A DNA stretch of 32,000 bases from contig CAVJRM010000021.1 in NCBI GenBank assembly GCA_963652165.1, positions 3,489-35,488 on the forward strand, written 5' to 3'. Under the pieces are notes generated by a model, which was not told the DNA's origin, did no database searches, and was given only the letters and a program-made list of their open reading frames with translations. How positions within the stretch are numbered: the stretch's first letter is position 1; each line of letters starts with the position of its first letter. This DNA is from a bacterium. GTDB taxonomy: Bacteria > Bacillota > Clostridia > Oscillospirales > Acutalibacteraceae. This document shows positions 8,481 through 16,505 of the stretch, in pieces. The translations under genes were made by a program, and so were the position numbers.

Positions 8481-9734
8481 TCAATTTACGGAATATTTTG
8501 TACCTCTGCCGTTGCCTTCTGTTTTGATGCAATGCTTATCAATCATTGAATTTATTTGGCGAATTACTTTATTTTTACTGAAGCCTGTTGCCTCAGCAAT
8601 CTCCGAGCTTGAAAGAAGTCTGCCTTTATTAAGCAAATCATAAATTACTTTTTCATCTGTTGTAAGTTTAATTTTGTATGTTGTAACGGGTAAAACAACA
8701 GTTACAGAGTTTGGTGTGGTTTCAAACCTCGGCTTAATATCAAAATCGGAATAAAGAGCGTTTATTCTTCTTATTCCCGTTCCGAACATTTCAATATAGT
8801 GAAGGCGAAAAAACAAATTGCCGATAATCGGATTTCTCAGGCTTGAAACATCGCCTTTAAGATATTCTTCCTCACTTATTCCCGAAGGCAAGCCACCGGG
8901 CGAAATGATTTCAATTCTGTCCGGAAACATCATAACACGAATATGTGAATCCACATCCCATGATCTGTGAATAATAGCATTGGCAATTGCTTCTCTGAAT
9001 GCATCTTCCGGTATGAGTTCAACTTTTTTTCTCTCTGTTCCTTCAATTTTTTCATAAACATAATATCTATCAAACATATCAATTGCTTTGTGGTATTGTT
9101 CAAGAACGGATATATTTGTATATGTTTCTCTGTCTAAAAATTCGTTTATGCTTTCGCCGAATTTAACAGCATCCACGCCATAGAAAGAATTTACATCAGC
9201 TACAAGGGCGGCAGCATTGTTATACTTATTATCGGATTCAAAAAAGCCCAAGGTTTTCAGCACATCTTTTGTAACATTGTCTATTCCGAGTTTTTCGGAA
9301 AGCTCTTTTTTCAGTGCCTCAAATGTAAGATTTTCATCGGGATATGAGAGCTTTTCAAAATACAATTTATCACTGCTTAGAATAAGTCGCCTTAGTTCTA
9401 TTGTATCAACTTCAACGGTAGAAGTGTCGTTTCGTTTGTATGCTTTCCCTTTGTAAAAATACGGTTTGAACAAGCCCTCTTCAACATTGAGCGTAACTGT
9501 TTTAGATTTTTTATTTATTGAAATGCTGTATTCCGGCTTCGGCTTTATACTGTCGTTTATTTTATTTTCTATATCAAGTGCAAATTCTTCAGGGCTATCA
9601 ACACCGATATTTTCGCCTTTATCCGATACACCGAAAATGATTTTTCCGGCGCCGAAGTTTGCAAATGCACTTACGGTTTTTAAAAAAGTTGATGTTTTAT
9701 CCGATTTAAATTCCAAAAATTTTGATTCTTTCAT
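8481..9734 (-). CDS. AlbA_2 (Schlafen-like, 'divergent AAA') + HATPase_c_4 + C-terminal winged-HTH protein, COG2865-type putative regulator
   Basis: 417 aa from MKESKFLEFK with a GGAGGG SD 6 nt upstream; the upstream M in the ORF track lacks an SD. The N-terminus ESKFLEFKSDKTSTFLKTVSAFANFGAGKIIFGVSDKG is typical of AlbA_2. The middle REAIANAIIHRSWDVDSHIRVMMFPDRIEIISPGGLP...FGTGIRRI is typical of the RecG-C/HATPase_c_4 domain. The C-terminus KVIYDLLNKGRLLSSSEIAEATGFSKNKVIRQINSMI is a wHTH. Confidence 0.85.
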   Translation of the reverse strand: MKESKFLEFKSDKTSTFLKTVSAFANFGAGKIIFGVSDKGENIGVDSPEEFALDIENKINDSIKPKPEYSISINKKSKTVTLNVEEGLFKPYFYKGKAYKRNDTSTVEVDTIELRRLILSSDKLYFEKLSYPDENLTFEALKKELSEKLGIDNVTKDVLKTLGFFESDNKYNNAAALVADVNSFYGVDAVKFGESINEFLDRETYTNISVLEQYHKAIDMFDRYYVYEKIEGTERKKVELIPEDAFREAIANAIIHRSWDVDSHIRVMMFPDRIEIISPGGLPSGISEEEYLKGDVSSLRNPIIGNLFFRLHYIEMFGTGIRRINALYSDFDIKPRFETTPNSVTVVLPVTTYKIKLTTDEKVIYDLLNKGRLLSSSEIAEATGFSKNKVIRQINSMIDKHCIKTEGNGRGTKYSVN

Positions 9735-9776
9735 TTCGTTCCCTCCTTGCTGAAATAATCGTACCACAAATAAGGC

Positions 9777-9806
9777 AAAAATGCAACGAAAAAATTATCG
9801 TTGCAT
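9777..9806 (-). terminator. Terminator-like hairpin about 40 nt upstream of the AlbA_2 gene start
   Basis: ATGCAACGA (9781-9789) and TCGTTGCAT (9798-9806) form a 9-bp stem. On the reverse strand it is followed by TTTTT (plus-strand AAAAA at 9777-9781). Confidence 0.5.
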
Positions 9807-10035
9807 TTTCATCGCTAAAATTTATCGTAAATCTTTAATCTTCCACAAGAATCACATTATAAACATGTTCAATTTGAGCCGGATTGTAGCTTTTTCATAA
9901 AATTCCCTCCTCAAAAACAATTAGAGAATCCAATGGCGGTAACCACCAAGAATTATATGATTACCGCCTCTTTATTTGTCAGTACAATTCAGCCGGTTGC
10001 CAAACCTATGTACCGAAAATATTTATAATTCAAAA

Positions 10036-10749
10036 TTAAAATGCTTCGCCGAGTATTTTATCCATCTGTTGCTTTTCGTCGGATGTTAATGTATATGTTT
10101 TGCTGTTTCCGATTACACCGGTTGCAGAGTCGTAGTAGTATGTTCTGTTATCGCTTGAAGATAAGTCGCAGATAGAAATAGTGTAATCTTTATTTCCCGA
10201 AAATGCATTGCTGCTCCAGCTCTTGCCGTCTTCTTTAAATTTTCCGTTTTCGTCAGACAAAAGATTGATTAAAAACGTTTGAGTGCTGCCGGATGCTTTT
10301 GTTTTTTTGCCGTCTTTCTCTACATATATGCTGTATTCCGAATTAAACCATGCGGTAGTTGAAACGGCAGTTTGAGAGCTTTGAGTTTTATCTTTTTCGG
10401 TTTTATCAACTTTTGAGGATTCTTTTACTTTTTCTTTTGCTTTTTCGGTAGATTCTTTTTTGCTATCATTTTTTGCTTTTTCGGTTGTTGCAGCTTTTGT
10501 GCCTACATTCACCGACTCTTTCGGCTTTGTTTGTGCAACGGTTTCTTTTTCTTCATTTTCAGAAGAATTATCTTCCGAGAAATCTTCTGTTGTTTCAATG
10601 ATTTCGTTATCAGTATCATTTTCAGTTGATGTGTCTGAAATTACAGATGTATCACTTGAAGTGTCGGTATCGGTTGATTTAATTGCACCGCAAGATGCTA
10701 ATGCGAAGATTAAAGTTGAAATTAAAAGTATTATTGATATTTTTTTCAT
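10036..10749 (-). CDS. Lipoprotein with a low-complexity S/T/D/E/K-rich linker
   Basis: MKKISIILLISTLIFALASCG contains the lipobox LASC. A long acidic and lysine-rich linker precedes a roughly 110-aa C-terminal globular part. The start is placed at the second ATG (10747-10749), which has a GGGGTGA SD. Confidence 0.8.
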   Translation of the reverse strand: MKKISIILLISTLIFALASCGAIKSTDTDTSSDTSVISDTSTENDTDNEIIETTEDFSEDNSSENEEKETVAQTKPKESVNVGTKAATTEKAKNDSKKESTEKAKEKVKESSKVDKTEKDKTQSSQTAVSTTAWFNSEYSIYVEKDGKKTKASGSTQTFLINLLSDENGKFKEDGKSWSSNAFSGNKDYTISICDLSSSDNRTYYYDSATGVIGNSKTYTLTSDEKQQMDKILGEAF

Positions 10750-10840
10750 TGTAATCACCCCTCATTATACAGTGCATATTTTCTTTGATTTTGTTGCAAG
10801 TTTATTCCATATTAAAATCATAAATGAGAAAATAGCACTA

Positions 10841-11008
10841 TTAAGACACTTGACTTAGCTCTCTGTCAATTTCAAATGAATATTCATAAGGAGTTTGCTT
10901 GCCTTCTTTTGTTACATAGCCGGTAAAATTAAAAACCGTTTTTCCGTTTTCACACTCGGCAGTAGCCTTGACTTGTCGAGGAGTTTCATAGGAATTTACT
11001 TTTAGCAT
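10841..11008 (-). CDS. Possible small ORF (55 aa), hypothetical
   Basis: My own translation gives MLKVNSYETPRQVKATAECENGKTVFNFTGYVTKEGKQTPYEYSFEIDRELSQVS*. The SD is weak (AGGA). It is below the ORF-track cutoff and I see no recognisable similarity. Confidence 0.3.
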   Translation of the reverse strand: MLKVNSYETPRQVKATAECENGKTVFNFTGYVTKEGKQTPYEYSFEIDRELSQVS

Positions 11009-11200
11009 TATCCTGCCGTTTTGTTATCCTACAACTTCACAATTTTATGATTATTATTTATGACTATCATAAATTTTCTAATCGTAAATTTTGTAACTGT
11101 AAGTTTTAAAATTGTTATAGGCTTTGTTTTTTATGCTTTATTGTGATTTGCACTTTACTGTAATTTGTATTTTACTGTAATTTTGCGTTTTACTGTTTTA

Positions 11201-11357
11201 CGAATCCCTGCCAACACAGGAGAGGCAAAACCGCTTCCTGTCAATTCCTACGTTTCTATACAATCGGATTTTGCACGGCAAAATCCCCTTCATTCCACAT
11301 TTCACATTCCACATTTCACATTTCCGAAGGATTGTTCCACATTCCTAATTCCACATT
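11201..11357. repeat. Intergenic mosaic repeat, copy B (inverted relative to copies C, D and E)
   Basis: Contains the hairpin GGATTTTGC-ACG-GCAAAATCC (11266-11286), TATACAATCGGA, CTGTCAATTCCTAC (the reverse complement of the GTAGGAATTGACAG module), CCACATT/TCACATT heptads, and CACATTTCCGAAGGATTGTTCC (shared with copy D). Confidence 0.75.
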
Positions 11358-11384
11358 AAAAAAGCTCCCCGAAGGGAGCTTTTT
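11358..11384 (-). terminator. Bidirectional rho-independent terminator abutting the stop codon of the SpoIID-like gene
   Basis: AAAAAAGCTCCC-CGAA-GGGAGCTTTTT. The 26-nt core is identical to 5926-5951, and its T-run overlaps the TAA stop (11383-11385). Confidence 0.8.
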
Positions 11385-13515
11385 ATTCTGTCACATACTG
11401 TATTGTAAAGCAGTGGGAGCGAAGCTTGCCGCCCATAACGCTTGTTCTGAAAGTGTTGCCGGAAACGGTGTTGCCGCAAATTGCAATTTCACCTATGTAG
11501 CCCACCGCATCGCTGTATGAGCCGTCATGGCTTATAATATCAAGCCAAGTTGCCGGGCTTCCGCTGAAATCAACACTCAGTCCATTTGAATTTGCATAGG
11601 ATTGAATTTTCTTTTTCATATCCTTTGCGGATATTTCGTAGGTTGTTATGCTTACTTCCTCAGGGCTGCTTACGCCGCCGCAAAGATAGGATATACTTGA
11701 GCCTCCCCAAGCATTTACGGAGGAAGTTGTTGTGCCGGCACAGTTTGCGTAATAAACGGCGTTTGCATATTTGCCGTTGTAGCTGATGTAATTTGCGTGG
11801 GGCTGCTGATCGGCAGAGGTGATATTAAGCACTTCCATTACGGCACTTTCAACGGTGGTGCCTTCATAAGCGTAATCCGCGTCCATGGTTTGACCTGCGC
11901 CGAAATTGTTGTGATACATAGCGTAGGTGTATGCCGCCACGGCTTGAGCTTTTAATGCTTCATAGGGGGCACCGTCACCGATTTCCTGCTTAACCGTTCT
12001 GCAAAGGAAAGCAAGCAAAGTGTAACCGCCTTCGCCGTTTTCATCCGGCTGTTCAATATACATGGGAGTGTTGCGGTCTGTCATTATAGTGGTGTTTGGG
12101 TAATAATAAGTTAGAATTTCATTGCAGGTATATCCGCTTCTTGCAAGTGCTTTTGCGCCGTCTTGGCTCATACCTGCACCATGGCCCCATCCGTAAACGG
12201 TAAACACAAATTTGCCTTTCGGGGCAGAGGTGGTGGTTTCTATTATATTACCGTTTTCATCTGTTACAACCTCTTCGGCGGCTAAGTTTATTTCATCTTC
12301 ATAAGTTGTTGCCATTGTGGTGAAAACCGCCTGAGCGCCCTCACCGTTGGAGCTTCTGCCCGGGTAGGTTGTGTAATTATCGAAAGAATCAACTAAAGCG
12401 GATTCCGTATTTGCTTCGGTGGCGGTAATATCACTGTCAAGGAATGGTGAAACTTCACCCATATTAACAATATCCTCTTCCGTGTTGGAATAAGCATCTG
12501 TTGAATTATCCGTTGAAACACTTTCCGGAGTTTTTGCAAACAGAACTACGCAAATTATAAGGCAGGCAATAAATGCGGCACCTAAACAGGAAATCAGGAT
12601 AATGAAAGCTCTTTGCGAAATGCCGGGAATACCTATTGCCGGAGCGCTGATTGCACCTTCTTCTGTTGCATCGCATACCATTTCACAAAGCCTTACCACA
12701 GCAGCGGCAAGCAGATGCTTAGCATCTTCACCTTCCTCGGCGGAGATTTTTTCAACCCTTGCCGTTTCGGAGTCGGAAACGCAAATGATAACGCCCTCTT
12801 CACTGAGCTCGGAAACAACAACGCCAAAATCGCACTCGGCTGTTTCTTTTGCGGATTTTGCAAGGCTTGCCTCAAAATCTTTTGCGCCGTATTTTACATC
12901 CGTAAGTGCGGTAACGGTTACAAAAGTTTCCTGCTCTGCACCGAGGCTGTTTACCACCGCCATAAGAGCCGCAGATTTACCGAAATCCGCAACGGCGATT
13001 TTTTTGCCCGATGCTATTACTTTACTCAGGCTTTCCGCAAGCCTTTCTTTTGAGGTTTTAGCAGGTTCTTCGGGAGAAATAGCACCTGCTTCAATTGCCT
13101 GAGCAAGCCTGTCTTCATCTAAGGGCACAAGTATTACTTTGCCCTTTCCGACTTTGCAGGATATGGGAGAATAAAGGCCGTCTGCTGATGCAAAGGCCTC
13201 GCCACCCTCGGGTATTGCGGTGTGAAGGTAATATTCTTTTGAGTTTTCCGGCAGACTTGAGCCCACCTGTGCTGATATTTTTGAAGATCGGAGAATTCTG
13301 ACGGAAAGCCCCTTGAGAAGAAGAAGTTTAAAATCCATAAACTGCTCTGTTTCGGCAGCAATGATTGAAGTTTCACCCTCTGAGGCTGCGCTTATCGCTT
13401 CCCTTACCGTTCCTTTTTTGTCACCGTAATTTTTTGTTTCCGTTACGGGGATTTGGGCGGCTATTGAGCTGCCGTCGGAACCTTCGGGAAGAAAGAGATA
13501 AACTTTTCCGGCCAT
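11383..13515 (-). CDS. Membrane-anchored SpoIID/LytB-domain protein with a large N-terminal cytoplasmic region
   Basis: 710 aa from MAGKVYLF, with an AAGGAG SD 8 nt upstream. TM segment AFIILISCLGAAFIACLIICVVLFA. The C-terminal domain carries the SpoIID hallmark GWGHGAGMSQDGA. Confidence 0.85.
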   Translation of the reverse strand: MAGKVYLFLPEGSDGSSIAAQIPVTETKNYGDKKGTVREAISAASEGETSIIAAETEQFMDFKLLLLKGLSVRILRSSKISAQVGSSLPENSKEYYLHTAIPEGGEAFASADGLYSPISCKVGKGKVILVPLDEDRLAQAIEAGAISPEEPAKTSKERLAESLSKVIASGKKIAVADFGKSAALMAVVNSLGAEQETFVTVTALTDVKYGAKDFEASLAKSAKETAECDFGVVVSELSEEGVIICVSDSETARVEKISAEEGEDAKHLLAAAVVRLCEMVCDATEEGAISAPAIGIPGISQRAFIILISCLGAAFIACLIICVVLFAKTPESVSTDNSTDAYSNTEEDIVNMGEVSPFLDSDITATEANTESALVDSFDNYTTYPGRSSNGEGAQAVFTTMATTYEDEINLAAEEVVTDENGNIIETTTSAPKGKFVFTVYGWGHGAGMSQDGAKALARSGYTCNEILTYYYPNTTIMTDRNTPMYIEQPDENGEGGYTLLAFLCRTVKQEIGDGAPYEALKAQAVAAYTYAMYHNNFGAGQTMDADYAYEGTTVESAVMEVLNITSADQQPHANYISYNGKYANAVYYANCAGTTTSSVNAWGGSSISYLCGGVSSPEEVSITTYEISAKDMKKKIQSYANSNGLSVDFSGSPATWLDIISHDGSYSDAVGYIGEIAICGNTVSGNTFRTSVMGGKLRSHCFTIQYVTE

Positions 13516-13621
13516 AATATCAGCTCCTTTCATCTGAATTTCAGTTTTTGGGTTTCTGCCTGTGAGCTAAATTTCAGAGCTGAGAGCAATTGCTCATCCA
13601 CAGCAATCACTCTGCTTATTA

Positions 13622-15481
13622 TTATGAACCGTATGGGTTCCAGTTTGATGCACCTGAATAAGGATTTGTCTTTTTGTTTGCATCATACCACGCCTGTGGG
13701 TATCTTGGGTTATCGTTCTTAACTGCAAGAGTAGTATCAACGGAAGTGCTTTCACCGTCTCTCAAAAGCCTTGCCACAACAACGAGCCTTGCGCCGTCAA
13801 AGTCATAACAGCAGGTGGAGAGGGTAAGAATTTTATCTGTTTCGTTAATATCTACGCCGGTAGTGTAAAATTTACGCCTATCAACCTCTTCTATATAACT
13901 TGCAAACTGCTCATCGCTTATATCAATAAAGTTATAGGGGAAGAGATATCCGTTATCTTGGCTTGCCTTGGAGTTGGTAATGAATACGGCATAAACTTTC
14001 CAAGTGAAATCACCGTAAATGGTGTTGCACTCTATTGTGGGGGCGGACTTAAAGCCGTCAATCTCTCTGTAATTTTCAAGAAGGCCGAAGATTAAGTCGT
14101 CATGGCGCATATTGTGGCCGTAAATAACCGTATTTTTATGAAGATTTGTGAAATCTTTGATTCTGTAATCAAAGAAAGGAACGCCGTAGCTTGTGCTCTT
14201 TTTGTAAATGTTTCTGTGAAGGTAATAATCATTGTCTTCACCCTGTGCCACAGGAAGATTTATTTCAAGAGCGGGTATGGAAATCCATCCTCTGATATCC
14301 GAGTTTATATCGTAAAGCTGCTTATATTTTGCAAGCATACCCGTAGGATATTTTGACTCCTCGCTGCCGTCTGTTGCCTCTTCAATTGTACCGGTAGCTT
14401 CAACATCAAGACTGTCCGATAGTTCGGATTCGTTTTTCTTGTAAACATAAGGCTCGTAAACATAAGTTTTTACAAGAATTCCGCTGCTTACGATAATTGT
14501 GATAATCGAAATTGCAAGCACAATGCGGCGAACAATATCCGCACCCTTGCCGTCAACTTTTTTACCTGCTGCGATTTTTGCCTCAAGTTTTGCCTGCTTC
14601 TTCTCTTTTCTGGAGATTTTGCCGTCATCCTCAATGATTTCCGTGGGCACTACTCCCACAGTCCTGTGCTGAGCAATAAGCGAATCATAAGGCACATCCT
14701 CGGGCAAGTCAATAACATCGTCATCGGGAATGGTAACCTTGAATTTTCCTTCTTCAGCAGGAGCTTCTTCCTCGGGAATTTCCTCCACGGGAATATCCTC
14801 TATTTCTTCTTCCTCTTCATCACCTAAAAGGGCCGCAAGCTCATCTTTAAACTCTGCACTGTCTGTGTCTATGGCTTTTGACTTTTGCTTAGGTGCAGGT
14901 GTTACGGCAGGAGGATCGGGAAGCTCGGGGGCAGGCACATAGTCCTTTGTAAGCTCTTCTGTTTCTTTAAGATCCGTATTTACCGGAGCGATATTTTGAT
15001 TTGATTCAATATCCGAAAGAATGCTGTCAAAGCCTTTTTCAGATTCAGTATCGGATTTAAGGGATTCAATCATGCCGAAAATATCGTCTTTTGCATTATC
15101 TACGGCAGGTGAATTTTCGGGCTCTACCACATTTGATTCGGATTTAATAGGTGCTTCGGGGATTTCCATATAATCCGCCGGGCTCATCCACAAACTGTCA
15201 AGCTCCGATGCGGGCTTTTCTTCCTCTGCAACAATTTCTTCTATCTTTTTGGGCACAATGGTAACGGGGCCTGTGCTCATAATATCGTCATAGAGGCTTT
15301 GAAGCTCATCTTCAAGGCTTTTTTCTGTTTTTGCAATATCATCATGGAAGCCATCATAGATAACTTCTTTGCTGTTTTCATCTGCAAGGAAATTGCCGAG
15401 ATCTATTTCCGTTATGGTTTCTTCATCACTGAGTGAAGTTATTTCCGGCTTAGATTCAGGCTTTTTGTTTTCGTCTGACAT
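13622..15481 (-). CDS. srtB: Class B sortase with a roughly 310-aa acidic N-terminal extension and one TM segment
   Basis: The C-terminal domain reads DIRGWISIPALEINLPVAQGEDNDYYLHRN...VIYGHNMRHDDLIF...LTLSTCCYDFDGARLVVVARL, giving the His, TLSTC and Arg signature. TM segment IVRRIVLAISIITIIVSSGILV. The N-terminus is highly D/E-rich. Confidence 0.85.
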   Translation of the reverse strand: MSDENKKPESKPEITSLSDEETITEIDLGNFLADENSKEVIYDGFHDDIAKTEKSLEDELQSLYDDIMSTGPVTIVPKKIEEIVAEEEKPASELDSLWMSPADYMEIPEAPIKSESNVVEPENSPAVDNAKDDIFGMIESLKSDTESEKGFDSILSDIESNQNIAPVNTDLKETEELTKDYVPAPELPDPPAVTPAPKQKSKAIDTDSAEFKDELAALLGDEEEEEIEDIPVEEIPEEEAPAEEGKFKVTIPDDDVIDLPEDVPYDSLIAQHRTVGVVPTEIIEDDGKISRKEKKQAKLEAKIAAGKKVDGKGADIVRRIVLAISIITIIVSSGILVKTYVYEPYVYKKNESELSDSLDVEATGTIEEATDGSEESKYPTGMLAKYKQLYDINSDIRGWISIPALEINLPVAQGEDNDYYLHRNIYKKSTSYGVPFFDYRIKDFTNLHKNTVIYGHNMRHDDLIFGLLENYREIDGFKSAPTIECNTIYGDFTWKVYAVFITNSKASQDNGYLFPYNFIDISDEQFASYIEEVDRRKFYTTGVDINETDKILTLSTCCYDFDGARLVVVARLLRDGESTSVDTTLAVKNDNPRYPQAWYDANKKTNPYSGASNWNPYGS

Positions 15482-15518
15482 AGCGTTTCTCCTTATACAT
15501 TGATTAGGTTATGCCGCA

Positions 15519-16505
15519 TTATTCAGCACTGGGCTGCCATTTTTCGGAATTTTTATAGGGGTTGGTTTTGCCGTTATTGCTGTACCACACCTGAGGCCTG
15601 CGGTAATCGGGATTATCTTTTACAAGGGAAGTGTCAACGGTTTCATCCTCACCCTCGTGAAGAAGTCTGCCCACAACAACAAGCCTTGTATCAACACTTT
15701 TACCATAAACGTAAATGCAGGTGGAAAGGGTAATTATATTATCGGTATTTTCAAGGGATACACCCGTGTCATAAAGCATTCTTTCTTTAACCTGCTTAAT
15801 ATAGCCGGTCATGTTGCTGTCTGACATATCGGGGTAAATATAATTGAAAAAGTAACCGTTATCTGCCGAAGACTGAGTGGTTGAATAGAATACAGCACAG
15901 ATTTTATAGGTATATTCTCCGTAAAGAGTGCTGAATTTTATAATCGGATGCTCTTTGTAATACTCTGCGTCTTGATAGTTATAAAGTGAACGGAAAGACT
16001 GCTTCGGAATGCCGTCGGATTTACCGGTGGTGTGGCCGTGTATAACCATATTTTTTGAAAGCACGCCGTCATTCCTGCAGCGGTAATCAAGATAAATGTT
16101 GCCGTAATTCAAAGAGGATGTTTCTGTGGTGTATCTCTCATAAAAATCATATTTAAGGTAGCGGGAATTGTCGCTTCCCTGCATAACCGCAGTGTCGATC
16201 TCAGTGCCGGGGATTGTGAGCCAGCCTTCAGTATTACTGCTTGCGGCGTAGGCTGCTTTTAATGAATCAAGTATACCGTCGGGGTAACTTGCGTTTTTCA
16301 TATTGTTTGCAACAAGAGAACTGAGCTTTGTGCCGAGAGAATCTGTTTCAACCTCTCCCGAAAAGGCCACTGCCGCAGCCTCACTGCTGATGCCGTCGCT
16401 CTCTTTTTTGCCTGTAATCACATTTTTTATTGCAAGGCCCGCAAATAAAACCGTAACAACCGCAAGGGCAATGCAAATAATATCCAAAGTTTTATTTTTC
16501 TTCAT
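15519..16505 (-). CDS. srtB: Class B sortase
   Basis: Signal-anchor MKKNKTLDIICIALAVVTVLFAGLAI. Sortase motifs GWLTIPGTEIDTAVMQGSDNSRYLKYDF...VIHGHTT...ITLSTCIYVYGKSVDTRLVVVGRLL. AGGAGG SD. The ORF overlaps the cinA stop by 14 nt. Confidence 0.88.
   Translation of the reverse strand: MKKNKTLDIICIALAVVTVLFAGLAIKNVITGKKESDGISSEAAAVAFSGEVETDSLGTKLSSLVANNMKNASYPDGILDSLKAAYAASSNTEGWLTIPGTEIDTAVMQGSDNSRYLKYDFYERYTTETSSLNYGNIYLDYRCRNDGVLSKNMVIHGHTTGKSDGIPKQSFRSLYNYQDAEYYKEHPIIKFSTLYGEYTYKICAVFYSTTQSSADNGYFFNYIYPDMSDSNMTGYIKQVKERMLYDTGVSLENTDNIITLSTCIYVYGKSVDTRLVVVGRLLHEGEDETVDTSLVKDNPDYRRPQVWYSNNGKTNPYKNSEKWQPSAE

Noticed and set aside
9944-9977. The hairpin GGCGGTAA...TTACCGCC downstream of the lipoprotein gene as its terminator.
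   Set aside because: The 18-nt loop is long, and no U-tract follows on the lipoprotein (minus) strand. The better terminator candidate is at 9777-9806.
11165-11520. ORFs 11165..11359(+) and 11332..11520(+) from the ORF track.
   Set aside because: They are translations of repeat copy B (again FHIPH motifs from CACATTC heptads) and of the antisense of the SpoIID-like gene. They have no ribosome-binding sites.
12602-13102. Long antisense ORFs inside strong CDSs: 665..1033, 12602..13102, 12613..13053, 18049..18522, 19560..20012, 20964..21392, 22408..22758, 24479..24844, 26792..27058, 28904..29158, 31369..31665 and others.
   Set aside because: Each lies wholly within, and opposite or out of frame to, a gene with clear family signatures. 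They have low-complexity or Cys/Arg-rich composition and no SD. These are typical shadow ORFs.
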